Assembly: GCA_036172245.1 (NCBI GenBank)
Contig: JAYWIR010000050.1
Coordinates: 496,001 to 560,000 of the forward strand
Reading direction: 5' to 3'
Source of the DNA: Raillietiella orientalis
Lineage: Eukaryota
Length of the DNA stretch: 64,000 nucleotides
The stretch's first letter is position 1. Each line of letters opens with the position of its first letter. Of this stretch, positions 11,042 through 22,189 are shown piece after piece. The position numbers and the translations under genes are program-made. Below the pieces are notes generated by a model. That model had not been told where the DNA came from, did not search any database, and saw only the letters and a program-made list of their open reading frames with translations.

Positions 11042-14000
11042 ATGCCGTCCTGCAGCCTCCCGTTGCGGTGGACCATTTTGCTGCTCGCCGCCGGCGCCAC
11101 GTAAGAGGGTTTGCCGCGCGCATCGCTTCCTTCTTGTACCTTCTGGCTGCCCTGCTGTCCGGCACGCCTGCGGGATCGCGCCTTCGTATCTTCCTCTCTC
11201 TCTCCCTCCCTCTCTCTCTCGCGCGCCTTCGTCCGCTGTGCCTTTCCGCAGAGGTTGCAGTGGGCAACGGGTGCTTCCCCGCTCTTGCCGATTCGCGGGC
11301 ACTGAAGCGCATGCGAGACGGACTGATCCTCGTGTGAGCAGGATCGGCGTCAGCCCGGCACAGGACAGCGAAAGGAACGTTCAGGCAGAACAACGCTTCC
11401 TGGACTGGTTGTTCTGTCCCATCAAAAAGTGGTGGTCTGGAGCAGTGACTACAATTCACCTGGAATATGAGGTACGATGCGAAATCTCTGTCGCTCTCCA
11501 CTGCTCTCGATCAAGGGAATCTGGACAAGCACGGTGTCCATAGGAACTCCTCGCAGGACATTTAGGGTCTCGTTCGATAGCACGATAGCAGCCATCTTGG
11601 TTCCTTCCAGCGCATGTGAAACTCCTCAGTGTGGTATGTACGTGCGCTGCACGCACGGAATGAGCCATCTTTCCTTGCCATCCCAGAGACGAAGGAGAGG
11701 TACTCCTCGAGCAATTCCACAACGTCCAAGTTCAATAAGACCCGAATGTTCACGGAAATATTTATGAAAAAAAAATTCTGGGGCTTCGAAGGATCGGATG
11801 ACGTCGAGGTTTGCTGTTTTCTCCTTTCTGTACAGGCTAAGCGCTCACCGAGGCGATGGCACAGTGGGCAACCAGTGCGATGACCTCTTTCAGCCGCCAT
11901 GCGCTCTCACAGGGAGGAGCAAAGTCCTCCTCGCTGGCTGCCGCCGTGTTTGGTCCACGTTGGACGGCAGATCCCCCCTTCCCCTTCCTGCTATGTCGCC
12001 CCCTCCGGATGCAGCCACGCCGGCGAAGAAGCGAACCGCTCAGGACGGCAAGCTGCGACATCTGCATCCAGGGCGCTGCCACGCTCTCGGGACGCAGGAC
12101 GCAGCCCTGGGCAGCCTCCCACGCGGCTTCATCTGCTCATCATCCTGCCTTTGGCAGGCGGTCCTTCCGCCCGCGCCTTCGTAGTGCCTCCAAGCAAGGC
12201 CGTCGCCCGCGTCCGTACGACCTGGCAGCTGCGTTTCTCTCGATCGCCAGCCGTGGCAGCTCCCTGCTGGCGCTGCGGCGACCGCTCCGTTCCGCCTCCA
12301 CAAACGCCATCGCGGAAGGAAGCGCCTGCTCGTTGCACGGCTACCGTCCACAGAAAGGGAATTTCGTTTTCCCGGAGATAGGCTGACGAGCGGAGGGCGC
12401 GCCACCCGTGGTCGCGGACGCGAAGATTGCGACCTCGAAAGTCGGCAGCGACCGCGAAGTCCAATCTCTTCGACGACGCGGGAGTCCACCTCCGGCAGTT
12501 GCAGTCCACCTCTCGGTGGCTCCTTCTCTCGCGGCGCCCCTCTGGAGGTCTCTGATTGGCTCCGTTGCAGTTCGGCAACTGCGGCGCAAAGACGGAAGGT
12601 GCCCTGCTCCATCCCTACCAGCAAGGGGAGCTTCCTCCGTGGTTCCGTGCAGACGGTGTATTCGGGATCGCCATGGTGCCCGGGCGCCACTCTTGGAGCT
12701 CGGCCATCCCCGCCTTCATGGAGCAGCGGCACGCCAACCAGTCGGCGTATCTGACGCTTTTGTTCGACAGGTTGTCGGATCGCTCAGGCGTCTTCTCATA
12801 ACCACCTCCAAAATGCTCTTCCAGGAAAGCAGAATCGGGGACCATGGTTCTAGGGACTCTCCCGCCGAACAGCCAAAGTTCCGTTACGCTCAAAAACCAG
12901 GATGAATTAAAACTGACTTGGGTGGTCACCATCGACAGGTAACGTGTCGCTTCCCTCGACACAGGTCACCCGGTGGCCCCAGGCTCTGCACACGCGAATT
13001 CGACCACCGTTCGGATTTCGGGAATTCCCCGCATCAGTCCTGACGGTGGACACAACGAGATGCACGAGCGCTCCGCCGACAGCCAGCCTGTGACTTCGAC
13101 TCTCTGTGTTCCTTCAAGGGATGGATTGCAGGTGTTTGGGGCGCAGCGGTCGAACGGCGACGACTCTCTTCGGACGAGCGAGCGATCGCTTCGTCCGCTC
13201 AGAGACGCCCACCCCGCAGCGAGCGCCGGCTGCAGGACTCCTCCGCGGCTGTGGTTATGCATCCACACACAAACTGATTGCACCACTCCCTCTCTCAACA
13301 GCGAGAAAAAAACACTCGAGAGTGAGCTGAGAGGACGGGGAGAGCGAAACATCTCATGGACTAAATCGCAGGAACGGGAAGGCGAACAGCCTGAGTGAAG
13401 GAAGGCGGAAGAAATTTCGATTGCGCATGTGCGCTCAGCGGACGAACGCAATGCTCCGAGAAGCGCTGTCCCGCACAGTCTGCTCTCCCTTCACCGCAAG
13501 AGAACCGCCCCTTCCTGGCAAACCAAGCAGGAAGCGGCGCGCCACTGTCCGCTCGATTCCTCAACGGGGAGGCGCATCCCAGGGGGGAGGAACACTCCCG
13601 CCTTCGGAACGCGAGATCCCTCCGCACGGTGAAGGACGAGCAGGGATGACGCTCCAGGAAAAATCCCGAACGTTCCCTTCAATTCCAGCCTGAAGGTCGG
13701 AGAAGAAGAATTTTGCAACAAGGGCTGCAGTGCCCTCGTGGACACCGGCCTGCCAGTCTCAAAGGCCACAACCCAGATGATGAAAAGCTTCATTGGCATC
13801 CGGGCGTACAAGGACGACGACGCGTACCAGAGCTCCCGCTACGAGGTAAGGCCCCAGGATGCAGTAGACCGTTGCTCTGAAACGGCCTCTGAAGGTTGAC
13901 TGCAAGAAGGAAAACCTGCCCACAGTGACCTACAAGATTGGCGGCTTGACCTTACAGGTCACCCCGGAGGAATACCTTTTACAGGCAAGAGGCCACAAGG

Positions 14001-14186
14001 CGCGCCGTTCGAGAGTGCCAACAAGAATTCCAGGATCCCATCCAGAAATCCTGCTCCCTGGCTTATTCCAATCACGTCCGGAGTCGAAAGAAGCACTCCC
14101 ACAGTCTATCCACAACTGTCCTGGAAAAGCTACAGACGACGCTCGACTTCCAGAACAACAGCATCATTTTCGCTCTCCGAGAGTGA
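11042..14186 (+). CDS. Secreted pepsin-fold (peptidase A1-like) protein, paralogue A; probably catalytically inactive; 9 exons, 380 aa
   Basis: Exons 11042-11100, 11342-11471, 11516-11633, 11687-11808, 12571-12770, 12825-12938, 13689-13845, 13895-13984, 14034-14186 splice into one open frame (1143 nt); all introns GT-AG except intron 8 (GC-AG). Signal peptide MPSCSLPLRWTILLLAAGA. Pepsin-like motifs: SIGTPRRTFRVSFDSTIAAILVPSSAC, DGVFGIA, FCNKGCSALVDTGL, VDC..LPTVTYKIGG..EEYLLQ, TTLDFQNNSIIFA. Confidence 0.88.
11828..12585 (+). repeat. Inverted repeat IR2, left copy (~0.76 kb; almost all of intron 4 of gene A)
   Basis: Reverse complement of ~37606-38363 (sum 50191), with a handful of substitutions. 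Confidence 0.93.
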
Positions 14187-14249
14187 CGTCACGATCGAAG
14201 CACGCACGGGCATTAAAGCGATGGCAGAGCATCGTGGCCGATGCGAGTG

Positions 14250-15300
14250 TCGTTTCCTTGCTGCCCCTCAGCGGGAGGGCCGCGGGTCTCCCCTTTCCAG
14301 GAATCGAGGGGAAGAAGCGGAGCGACCGCCTCCCCCCCCCCCTCCCGCCGGACGAAGGGAACGCCCGGAGAGCTCACACGGAGGCAGGCGAGCCACCGCA
14401 GCGCCTACTTCCGGGCGATTGCCTTCACGCCGGCACCGAGCAGGAGGGAACCAACGCGCGTCTGCGGGACATCGCCCGTCCCTCTCGAGGAACGGACCGG
14501 CATGCGTCTGACGGGAGCCAGAGGGCGACGGCACGGGCCGCAGGATCGGCGCTGCAGACAGCTGCTGCAGGGTCCGCAAGCGCCACGGCGCCAGCCGGAG
14601 CCGCGCATCGTTCCTTGGGCTCGGGGTGCCGAACTGGCACGCCCGCGACCTCTCCTCGGCAGGCGACTACAGGCTGCGGACGAAGCTCACACTTCCCATC
14701 GGCACGTTGCCTGGGAGATGGCAACCGGCATCCGAGAGGCAGGAGCCGAGTCGCCGCTCGGCTCGGTCGGACCGGGAAGCAGTGGGTGGACACGACGAGT
14801 CCGGGGGGCGAGGGGCTCGGCACCGATGCGCTCGGCTCCCTTCTTGCCCTTCTCCGCGCACGGAGCGCGCTCCGACGGGCCTCTGCAGCCCGGAAGGCGG
14901 GGGGCAGCGGAAGGCAGGGCGGCGCCCTCCGCCAGGCGGTGCGCGCGCGGAAAGAGGCGCCAACCCCACCACCTCTGCGTGTGCGCTCGCCCTGCCCGCG
15001 CCGTCCGCACCCGCCGGCCGGCCGCTCAGCCAGCCGCCCGGGCACGCCTCCCGCCGCCGGGGGTGGTCCCCGCAGCCGCGCTTGCGCGCCGCCGCCTAGG
15101 GCGCCCGTTGCTCGGCAACGAGCGCCGAGCGGGCGCGTGCGCAAGGCGAGCGGCGCGACGGCGCGGTCGGTCGGGCGAGCACTTGGAGCCGAGCGGCAGC
15201 CGCTGGCGAGATTCCCCCTACCGCCGTTCCCCCCTTGCCTCCCGTCGGAAAAGTGCACTTCCAGTGTTCTTCCGTTCGTGCACGTGCACGTGGTGAGTGC
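14250..15300 (+). promoter_or_regulatory. GC/CpG-rich putative ASZ1 promoter and 5'UTR exon (mirrored at ~34900-35950)
   Basis: Very CpG-dense stretch ending in donor GTGAGT at 15293, with acceptor TTCCCGTTGCAG ending at 15472 just before the ATG, suggesting a 5'UTR intron. Confidence 0.45.
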
Positions 15301-15477
15301 TTGGTGTGTGTGTTCAGCCCGCAGGCGGCGGCTTGCCGCAAGCAGCGTGCGCAAGTGCAGGCAGGCCACGACGGCTGGCCGCCTTCCCTGCTCTGAAGCA
15401 AGCAGTAACGCAAAAGTGGTCTTCCCAGGTCCCTATCGAATTCTGCCGATTCCTTGCGGCTTCCCGTTGCAGAAATC

Positions 15478-17756
15478 ATGCCGTCGAGAATCCGGCACGA
15501 GTCGGATTTCCACACGGATGAATCGGATGATTCGTTCGATGGAATGGTGATGGAGACTTCGGTTTCATCGCGCAAACGTAGGCAGGAGCCCTTGCTGAAA
15601 CGTTTCATGGAAGTAAGGATTTCAGGGGATTTGCTGGATGCGAGCACGTTGGGCGTGATTTTAATGCGTGCGGTTGAAAACGTGTGCTAGGAATGAGTGA
15701 CTTTTGCGTTTCACTTCCTCTGGAATGCCCCAGCTGCTTGCTGCCTGATTTCTGCAAGGTTTGTGTGACGGGCTTTGCATGATCGTGAGAATGTGCCGCT
15801 GCAAATGCGATGGAGTTCCTAACTGCGACCAAGCTGAAGGCTCGTTGTGCACTGTTCTCCTTCCTCACTGCTGGCAGTGCAGCCAAACCATCAGGCATTT
15901 TCATCCAGCATGGTAAGCCCCGTTTGCAGGCAGTGGAAATGTCTCTCTGCCCATCCTGGTTGGGAAGCACAGCCTTTCTGGCCTGCCAAGCAAGCATGTG
16001 CCCATTCGGCTCCTTTGTTGTGTATAAGCTGTTCTGGTTGGTGGCATGTGTGGGAACAAAGGTGTTTTGCCATGCAAATTGCTCGTTCCGTGAAAGAGTT
16101 GCTTCTTTGTGAACGGTGGCACTGAATTTAGGAACGCAGCTGGGAATGCCATTCGGTTCCATGCAAGGCATCAGTGCAGGCATTGCAGCCGAGGGCCACT
16201 TGTGGGAAGGCCAACCTTGCAGATGATCTCAAGAATGCAGTTTTGTCGAACGATGTGGATGCTGTGGAGAGAATTTTGAATTCAGGTGAAGTTGTGCCGC
16301 AGCATTTGCACCATTTTGTGAATCTGATGTAGAGGAGGGTAGCGCCAACTTGGTGCTGAAGGACGGGTGGTCTGGACTGATGTATGCATGCAGGAATGGC
16401 GTGCCGCTGCTGGTGGACAAGTTTCTGGCCAAAGGGGCGCACGTGAATTTTTCTGCAAGTAATCCGTGAAGTTGTTCTGTGTGGGACCCAAAGGAACTTG
16501 GAGTTCTCTTGCAGATGGGTTCACGCCTTTGATGGCCTGCTGCGCTGCTTCCCGATGCAGGGAAGAAACGTTGGTGTTGATTGTTTCTCGGTTGCTGGAA
16601 GCAGGTGCTGATCCTAATTGTCGAGACCAGTTTCTGGTCACTGCCCTCATGATGGCTGCTAAACAAGGCTACAGCTTAGTGATTGATGAGTTGGTTAGCA
16701 AAGGAGCAGACGTGAATGGCTGCGACAGCCAAGGCTTAACGGTGAGTGTGTAATGCTAGGGAGTGTGTGCATGGGACAGTTGGTTGGTAGGCTCTGTGCT
16801 GGGCAGCAAAATTCGGGCAAGGACAAGCCAGCCGCATGCTGTTGGATCTGGGAGCAGACCCGAACAAGATTAGCAAATTGGGACAGAAAGCTGCTGATCT
16901 TGCCATGGAAGGAGGACATGATACGGTAGGGGGAGGTGGCTGTGCTTGTTTGCTAAGATGCGCCTCAGCTTGCCTCAGTGATTGCAGGTTTGTCAGGATC
17001 TTCCACGGTGGCTTTGTGTGGTGGTGCAGATGGTTGCCAGAGCAAGTGAGAGTTTTCCAGCACGCCTTGCTGCCAATGCATGTTTTGCCTTCAGGTATTC
17101 GGAAATGGATATGGTGCTGTGCGGTCTGGGACTGCAGGAGCTGATGCCCAAGTTTGCCCATCACCAAGTCACTCTGGAGCAGTTCCTTACGCTGACAGAG
17201 GCGGACTTGGAGAAGGTGGGCGTTGCTAAAGTTGGGAACAGAAAGCAGCTGCTGGAAACGATCAAGACCATGCACAAGAAGGAGTGGGAAAGATCGAGCC
17301 TGTCAGATTTGCATCAGAGCGATTCGATCAGGTAGGTGGTGGGCAGCTGGTGGAGTGGGGGATATGGCTGGTGTTGGCAGCTGTCCTGAAGCTGTTGCTA
17401 TGATGGCGAACATTGCCAGGCATCTCCAGTTCATCATGACTACCATCAGCTACTTGCGAGTGCAGGTGGCTCAAAACCCGCAGATCTTGGAACGTGGCCA
17501 AGAGATGGCTCACATGAAGACACTCATGCAGCAGACAGATGCTGCCATCCAGAACAACCGGGACCTGCTGTCGGAACTGAGTCTGTTTTACAAGGATCTG
17601 AAAGACAGGGAGGACGACGTCCAATTCGAAGTAGCGGATGCCATCAGGCCTGCTGCGATTTCCTCGAGGTGGAAGCCTTTTTTCCTGAAGATCACGAGTC
17701 TGGGAATAGTGATCTTTGTGGCGCTAAGCGTAGGGCAGCGCGTTCGACAGACTTGA
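15478..17756 (+). CDS. ASZ1: Ankyrin repeat, SAM and bZIP-like domain protein (GASZ), copy 1; ~488 aa, 8 coding exons
   Basis: Exons 15478-15612 (donor least certain), 16132-16285, 16333-16458, 16515-16741, 16791-16925, 16969-17045, 17095-17331, 17381-17756 give one open frame. Order: acidic N-terminus (DESDDSFDG), ankyrin repeats (GWSGLMYAC, GFTPLMACC, VTALMMAAKQG, TALCWAAKFG), SAM (LCGLGLQELMPKF..VTLEQFLTLTEADLEKVGV..GNRKQLL), helical region, C-terminal hydrophobic tail anchor (FFLKITSLGIVIFVALSVG). This domain order is characteristic of ASZ1/GASZ. Confidence 0.88.
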
Positions 17757-19857
17757 AAGGGCACAACAGGCAGTTGTGGCGTGCATTAAAGACGGCGGGA
17801 GCTGTTCCGACTTGGAAGCAGCGAAGTTGTCGCGTGTGGCGTCGTCACGGGATCATCAAGCCGGGAGTGGACGCGGTGCATATTGGAAGGATCTCGGTGT
17901 GCACCATGGGGGCAAGGTGCACGCTCTGGGGAAGGGCGAAGGAACGGAGCTGTCGAGAAGGAAGAGCGAGCGAGGTGGTGGATGTAGCAGGCCAGGGGTG
18001 GCTGCCGAAGGGGCTTCGTTCCGTGCCCGTCCGCAAGCTGTTTGATGCGTTCCTCCTCCTGTAGGGGCGGGGTGCGTGGACGCCTGCGCACGTATCGGTA
18101 TGGTGTGCCGCCGGGTAAGAAGTGTTCTTCCTGTCCGAGTGGCAGGTCAAGTCAAGTGGGGCGGGTACGGAGACGCGTGCTTCTCCGTAGCAAACGTCGG
18201 GTCGCTGCTGCCGCGGTTTCGGCTCTATGGTGAAGGGAACGCGAATCGTACTTGTCGAATACCGTGTGTGGTGAAGTGTTTGCGCTGGTGTTGGCGTGGG
18301 CCTGCATGGGGTGCAGTGGAAGCACGTCAGTGTCACACGACGTCCTGGGTGTGCAGAAGAGCGAAAAATTAAAGGGTATAGAAGTGTCGCGGCACGAGTG
18401 CTTGAGTGGCGAAAAATGGGCTCCGCTCTCAGGGGAGCGTGGCTCCCTCCCGTCAATTGCAGTGTGCCGGTCGCTTGCATCGCTGGGAACCAACGACTTA
18501 CGAGTATGGTGATGGCTTCGTTTGAGGCAGGTGGTATCCTGCGTTCGTGCCCGCTGAATTGTGGGGAGGTTTTGGCCGAATTGGCGCTGGCGGCGACCCG
18601 TTTCGTGCTTGTCGCACTCCTGCCCCGTGTGGAAACCCAGGTTCGTCCAGGACACGGTAGCGTGGTGTTTGGTGTTTCAAACCTGCCGTGTCTGCACACG
18701 AATCTCAGTGGTTTCTGCTGGCTGGAGCGTTCGTGTTCCTCATGCGTCAATCCTGTTTCCTAACCTCGGGGCAAAGTTTCACATTGCATTGCGTCTTGAC
18801 GACGCCAGCTCTTGTCTGAGGGAGCGTCCTTGCTCAAGCGCAGTTCTCTTGCGCGTTCAGAGGTTTCGATGCCAACGTGGGTGCGCTGCCGGAAGCGGTG
18901 GCGCCCGGCACGCGCCTATTCCCTTGGTGTGCTGTGCGCGCTCTGGGATCGGCTGCGGAAATGTGCCTGGGCGTCACGCCTTCTGACCAGCGAGGTCCGC
19001 AGCGGTCCACCGAATGGCGTGTGCGTACGCGGGGCTCTTCTGTTTTGAATGCCTCCGAACACGTCTTCGTGAAGCGACCAACTGTTCGAGTGCCCTCCGT
19101 CACGTTTTGGTTCGTGACTTCGGAGGAGGAAGCGGGTGGGCAGGGTGGCTGTTGGCAGACCGTCTCATTTTTCGACTGGATGTCCGAATCTCAAATCATC
19201 TGTTTTCACTCTTGCACTCTGCTGCAAAGCTCCGCTGCCGACTTTTGAACTCAGTTGCATATCCTCGGTAACGACTGCTGCACTCAATTCCAATTCCTTA
19301 ACTTATGTTGAAGTCCATCGGGTTTCCAAAATGCCAGCAGGGTGGGGCATTTTGGGTTCCGTCTTCTTGCCATGGAAACCAATGTTTGAAATATAAAGTT
19401 TTCATTTATCTGAGATTCTTCATGTGGTCCTCCTAGGTATTGTTAGTATTGGATTCAAGACTGAATCGTAACAAATGGGGATGACGGTTATCTTTGGGTT
19501 AGGATTGGGAAGATGTTGTACGAACAAGGGACATATTTTGAGAATTACATTGAGGTTAGAGTTGATGATGTTGGGGAGGTTGGTGTCTTTTTTTTTTTTT
19601 TTTTGGTGGATTCAAGTGCGAGACTTAGCGAATATGAATTTTGATTATGATGGTGGTTAGCATTGGTGAAATGACTATAGGATGGTTAGGCGAGGTTATG
19701 GTAATGATTATTGTCGGTCTGTAAGTGCCATTGCTTGTTAAGATTAATGGTATTCTTATTGTTAAGGATGGTAGGTGTCAACAACGACGTAGGTCTTGCT
19801 CATGCCTTCTGGGAACCCAGGGACGCAGACTCTTTCTCGACGGATAACCGTTTACTA

Positions 19858-20300
19858 GTTTATCACCTGGTCAAGCTGGGACGTTAATTATAAAAAATAA
19901 ACATGCATGTGTAGGGCCATCAGCCCTACATTGTCCGAAAATGTTCGGAACCCGCTGAGTAACCGGCACGCGGGCCTACGAGGTTCGTCTGGGCAGCGAA
20001 AGGGAAGGAGCAAATAAAAATAAAAACAAATACAAGTCGAGAATAAAAAAGAAAACTCTGGGGGGCACGGGAGGGGATCATTGTTCGCTGGGGGGGCGTT
20101 CTCTGCATCCTTTCCAGGATGCTGGCAAATTCCATTCGAGTATGTCCCAGGTGGGACCATCTTGCTGCCGTCCTCAGGAAGCGCAGGGCGAAGCAAATGG
20201 AGTCCCTATCGCGCCGTCCTCTTCTCGCGTAGCTCCAGACCGTCAGAATCCAACGTAGGCAGCACAGGGCTGGTTCCATCTGGGAGCTATGACGAGGGAC
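19858..20300 (-). mobile_element. Non-LTR retrotransposon 3' end
   Basis: ALCCLRWIL..FLRTAARWSHL..FASILERMQR, T-rich 3'UTR and terminal hairpin motif at 19861-19890. Confidence 0.7.
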
Positions 20301-20562
20301 CTCGAGGGCATCCTGGAAAGGATGGTCTCTTCCTCCAGCGGACTGTGATCCCTTCCCGGCCCCCCAAATAGTTTCTTTTTTTGTTTGTTTCATATATTTT
20401 TCTTTTTGTTTTACCCCCTATCCCTTCCGCTGTCGAGGAGAGTCAAGCCGGTCTGCGAACCGGCTTCCTGGCAGGTCCTATGAACTATTAGCCGTAGCAG
20501 GGCCTAGTACCGCAAATGTAAAGTGTTTATTAATAAACGCCCCGGCGTGACCGGGTGAGAAC
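20301..20562 (+). mobile_element. Very short non-LTR 3' end (GILERM + 3'UTR + terminal hairpin)
   Basis: Homologous to 23205-23464, including CCGGTCTGCGAACCGG and AATAAACGCCCCGG..CCGGGTGA. Confidence 0.7.
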
Positions 20563-21735
20563 TTCCCCTCATCCAGTGGAAGCGGCGTGGGTTGCAGGGT
20601 AGACCCCAATGCAACAGCAGCAGCGCCGACTCCTGCCACTTGAGGGGGAGAATCCTTGATCCTGTTAATACCGGAGGCCATTTCGTCTCATCCATCGGGA
20701 TGCCGAGCAGCTCGCCCCATCTTGTCAGTCCACGCGGAAGGATGCTCGGGATCGTGGCGTCCGCCAGCTCTCTTATGGTCCAACCGCTCAAATTCTCTCT
20801 GCCGTGATTCGACAGGAGACTTGCCACTTCGGCATTCGGCCACTGACGAGGGCCCTCCGTCGGAAGGACAGCGCCGTAGCTAAAGGGGTCGTCTCCGCCC
20901 ACATGTTCCTGACGGGACATTCCAGAATGGACTGCAGGGAACAGGGGGCGTAGTTCGAAACACGCAGGCAATTCCAGTTGTTACTTCCAGAGCTATTCAA
21001 CTTAGCCCACGTGCCAGTAGTCTTCTCCAGCCAGACGGAGGAGTGGGCGGGGCTACAAACCATCCAGCCGTTTTGCCAGGGACACCATGCATCCAAGGAG
21101 CAGGCCGCATCTTCGAATCTTCCGGCCGCCGCACAGAAGAAAACACGCGTGTCCTTGGGTCCTGGATACACGGCTGGCAAGGAGGCGGGCCAGAACGCAT
21201 CAATAGGTGCTTCACAGATTCACTGCGATGGCCATGGTATGCCATCGCAGCTGGATTTCCATCCGCTCCAGAGTCAGGAGGCTAAGACCGCCGTCCCGAC
21301 GCGGAGCGCATAAGTTCGACAAAGGGGCTCGGAGCCTCCCCTTGCCCCAAAGGGCGACGCGTGGGAGGTCCTTTGTCCTCTTTTTAACTTGAACGGGGAT
21401 GGGGCAAACAAAAAGTACGGGTGGAAAAGGAGGGCCACAAATGGGTTCCACACCGCAACCCGTTCCTGCAAGAGAAACTTGCCATCCTGGAACGGACCGA
21501 TCGTCGACTCTGTCTTCTGAAGGCAGCTCAACCACGCCTCCGCCAGAGAATAGTCCCCCAATGGTACACCGAGGTAGTTAAAGTACCGAAACGTGGAGAT
21601 CCTTAAGCGGATCCAGTCTAGCGGCAGAAGATCACCCGCATACGCCGACACGTCCGGTGTACCTGGGTTCCAGGTCCCCGCCTTTGAGAGGAGCAGCACT
21701 TTCCCCGTGTTCCCAATCGAATTTTCCCACGTCAC
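20563..21735 (-). mobile_element. Tx1/L1-like ORF2 fragment (RT thumb to C-terminal region), frameshifted
   Basis: FNYLGVPLG..W (RT YLG motif) and LPLKWQESALLLLHWGLPCNPRRFHW. Confidence 0.75.
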
Positions 21736-22189
21736 TTCCGGTCTGTTTCAGTTTCCACTCTCAAATGAGACATAGAAAAAAAACTGAATTTCCGCAGATG
21801 TTAAACGGAGGCTACAAACAGCATATGTGAGCTGAAGACCTCACATGTGATGTGACGAAAGCATTTTCCACGAAACCATCATCCGCAGAGTGCACTCATT
21901 TTATTTTATTTTCCAACAGCAGACGCTGATTCACACACCTTTATCCTCATCAGAATGTTCTGGAGAACCCCACTAAGCGTTCGGTGGAAAGGAGCCAGCA
22001 AAAGATGCTGATTGGTGTTTTGGTTAATATAATTCGTTCACTGAATAAATAGCGGAGGTGAACGTTGGATGGACTTTCAGTACCTGTACACCTCGCGGGC
22101 AACAACATGCACTCTTTTCCCCAAGTCCCACAAGGGGTGGGGTAGATTTATTTTCTTTCATCATTCACTCTACATATTCATGCTTCCGT

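Larger units (their letters stand above)
14180..18075 (+). repeat. Inverted repeat IR1, left arm (~3.9 kb): stop codon of gene A, GC-rich region and whole ASZ1
   Basis: Reverse complement of 32131-36026 (sum 50206). Only two mismatches seen (15220, 15366). Confidence 0.95.

Noticed and set aside
11809..11835. 27-nt mini-intron (GT..TACAG) turning intron 4 into coding sequence
   Set aside because: It leads to an in-frame stop at 11881-11883, and splicing to 12571 restores the pepsin alignment.
13925..15550. 541-aa ORF and the many other long overlapping ORFs in 8300-10800, 14200-15400, 34650-36000, 38700-41300 and 45600-47700
   Set aside because: Arg/Pro/Ala/Gly-rich, open in several frames at once because of very high GC; no domain motifs beyond the true exons they overlap.
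19490..19780. GGTTAG/TTAGG-like words (also 5400-5590)
   Set aside because: Scattered rather than tandem; not a telomeric array.
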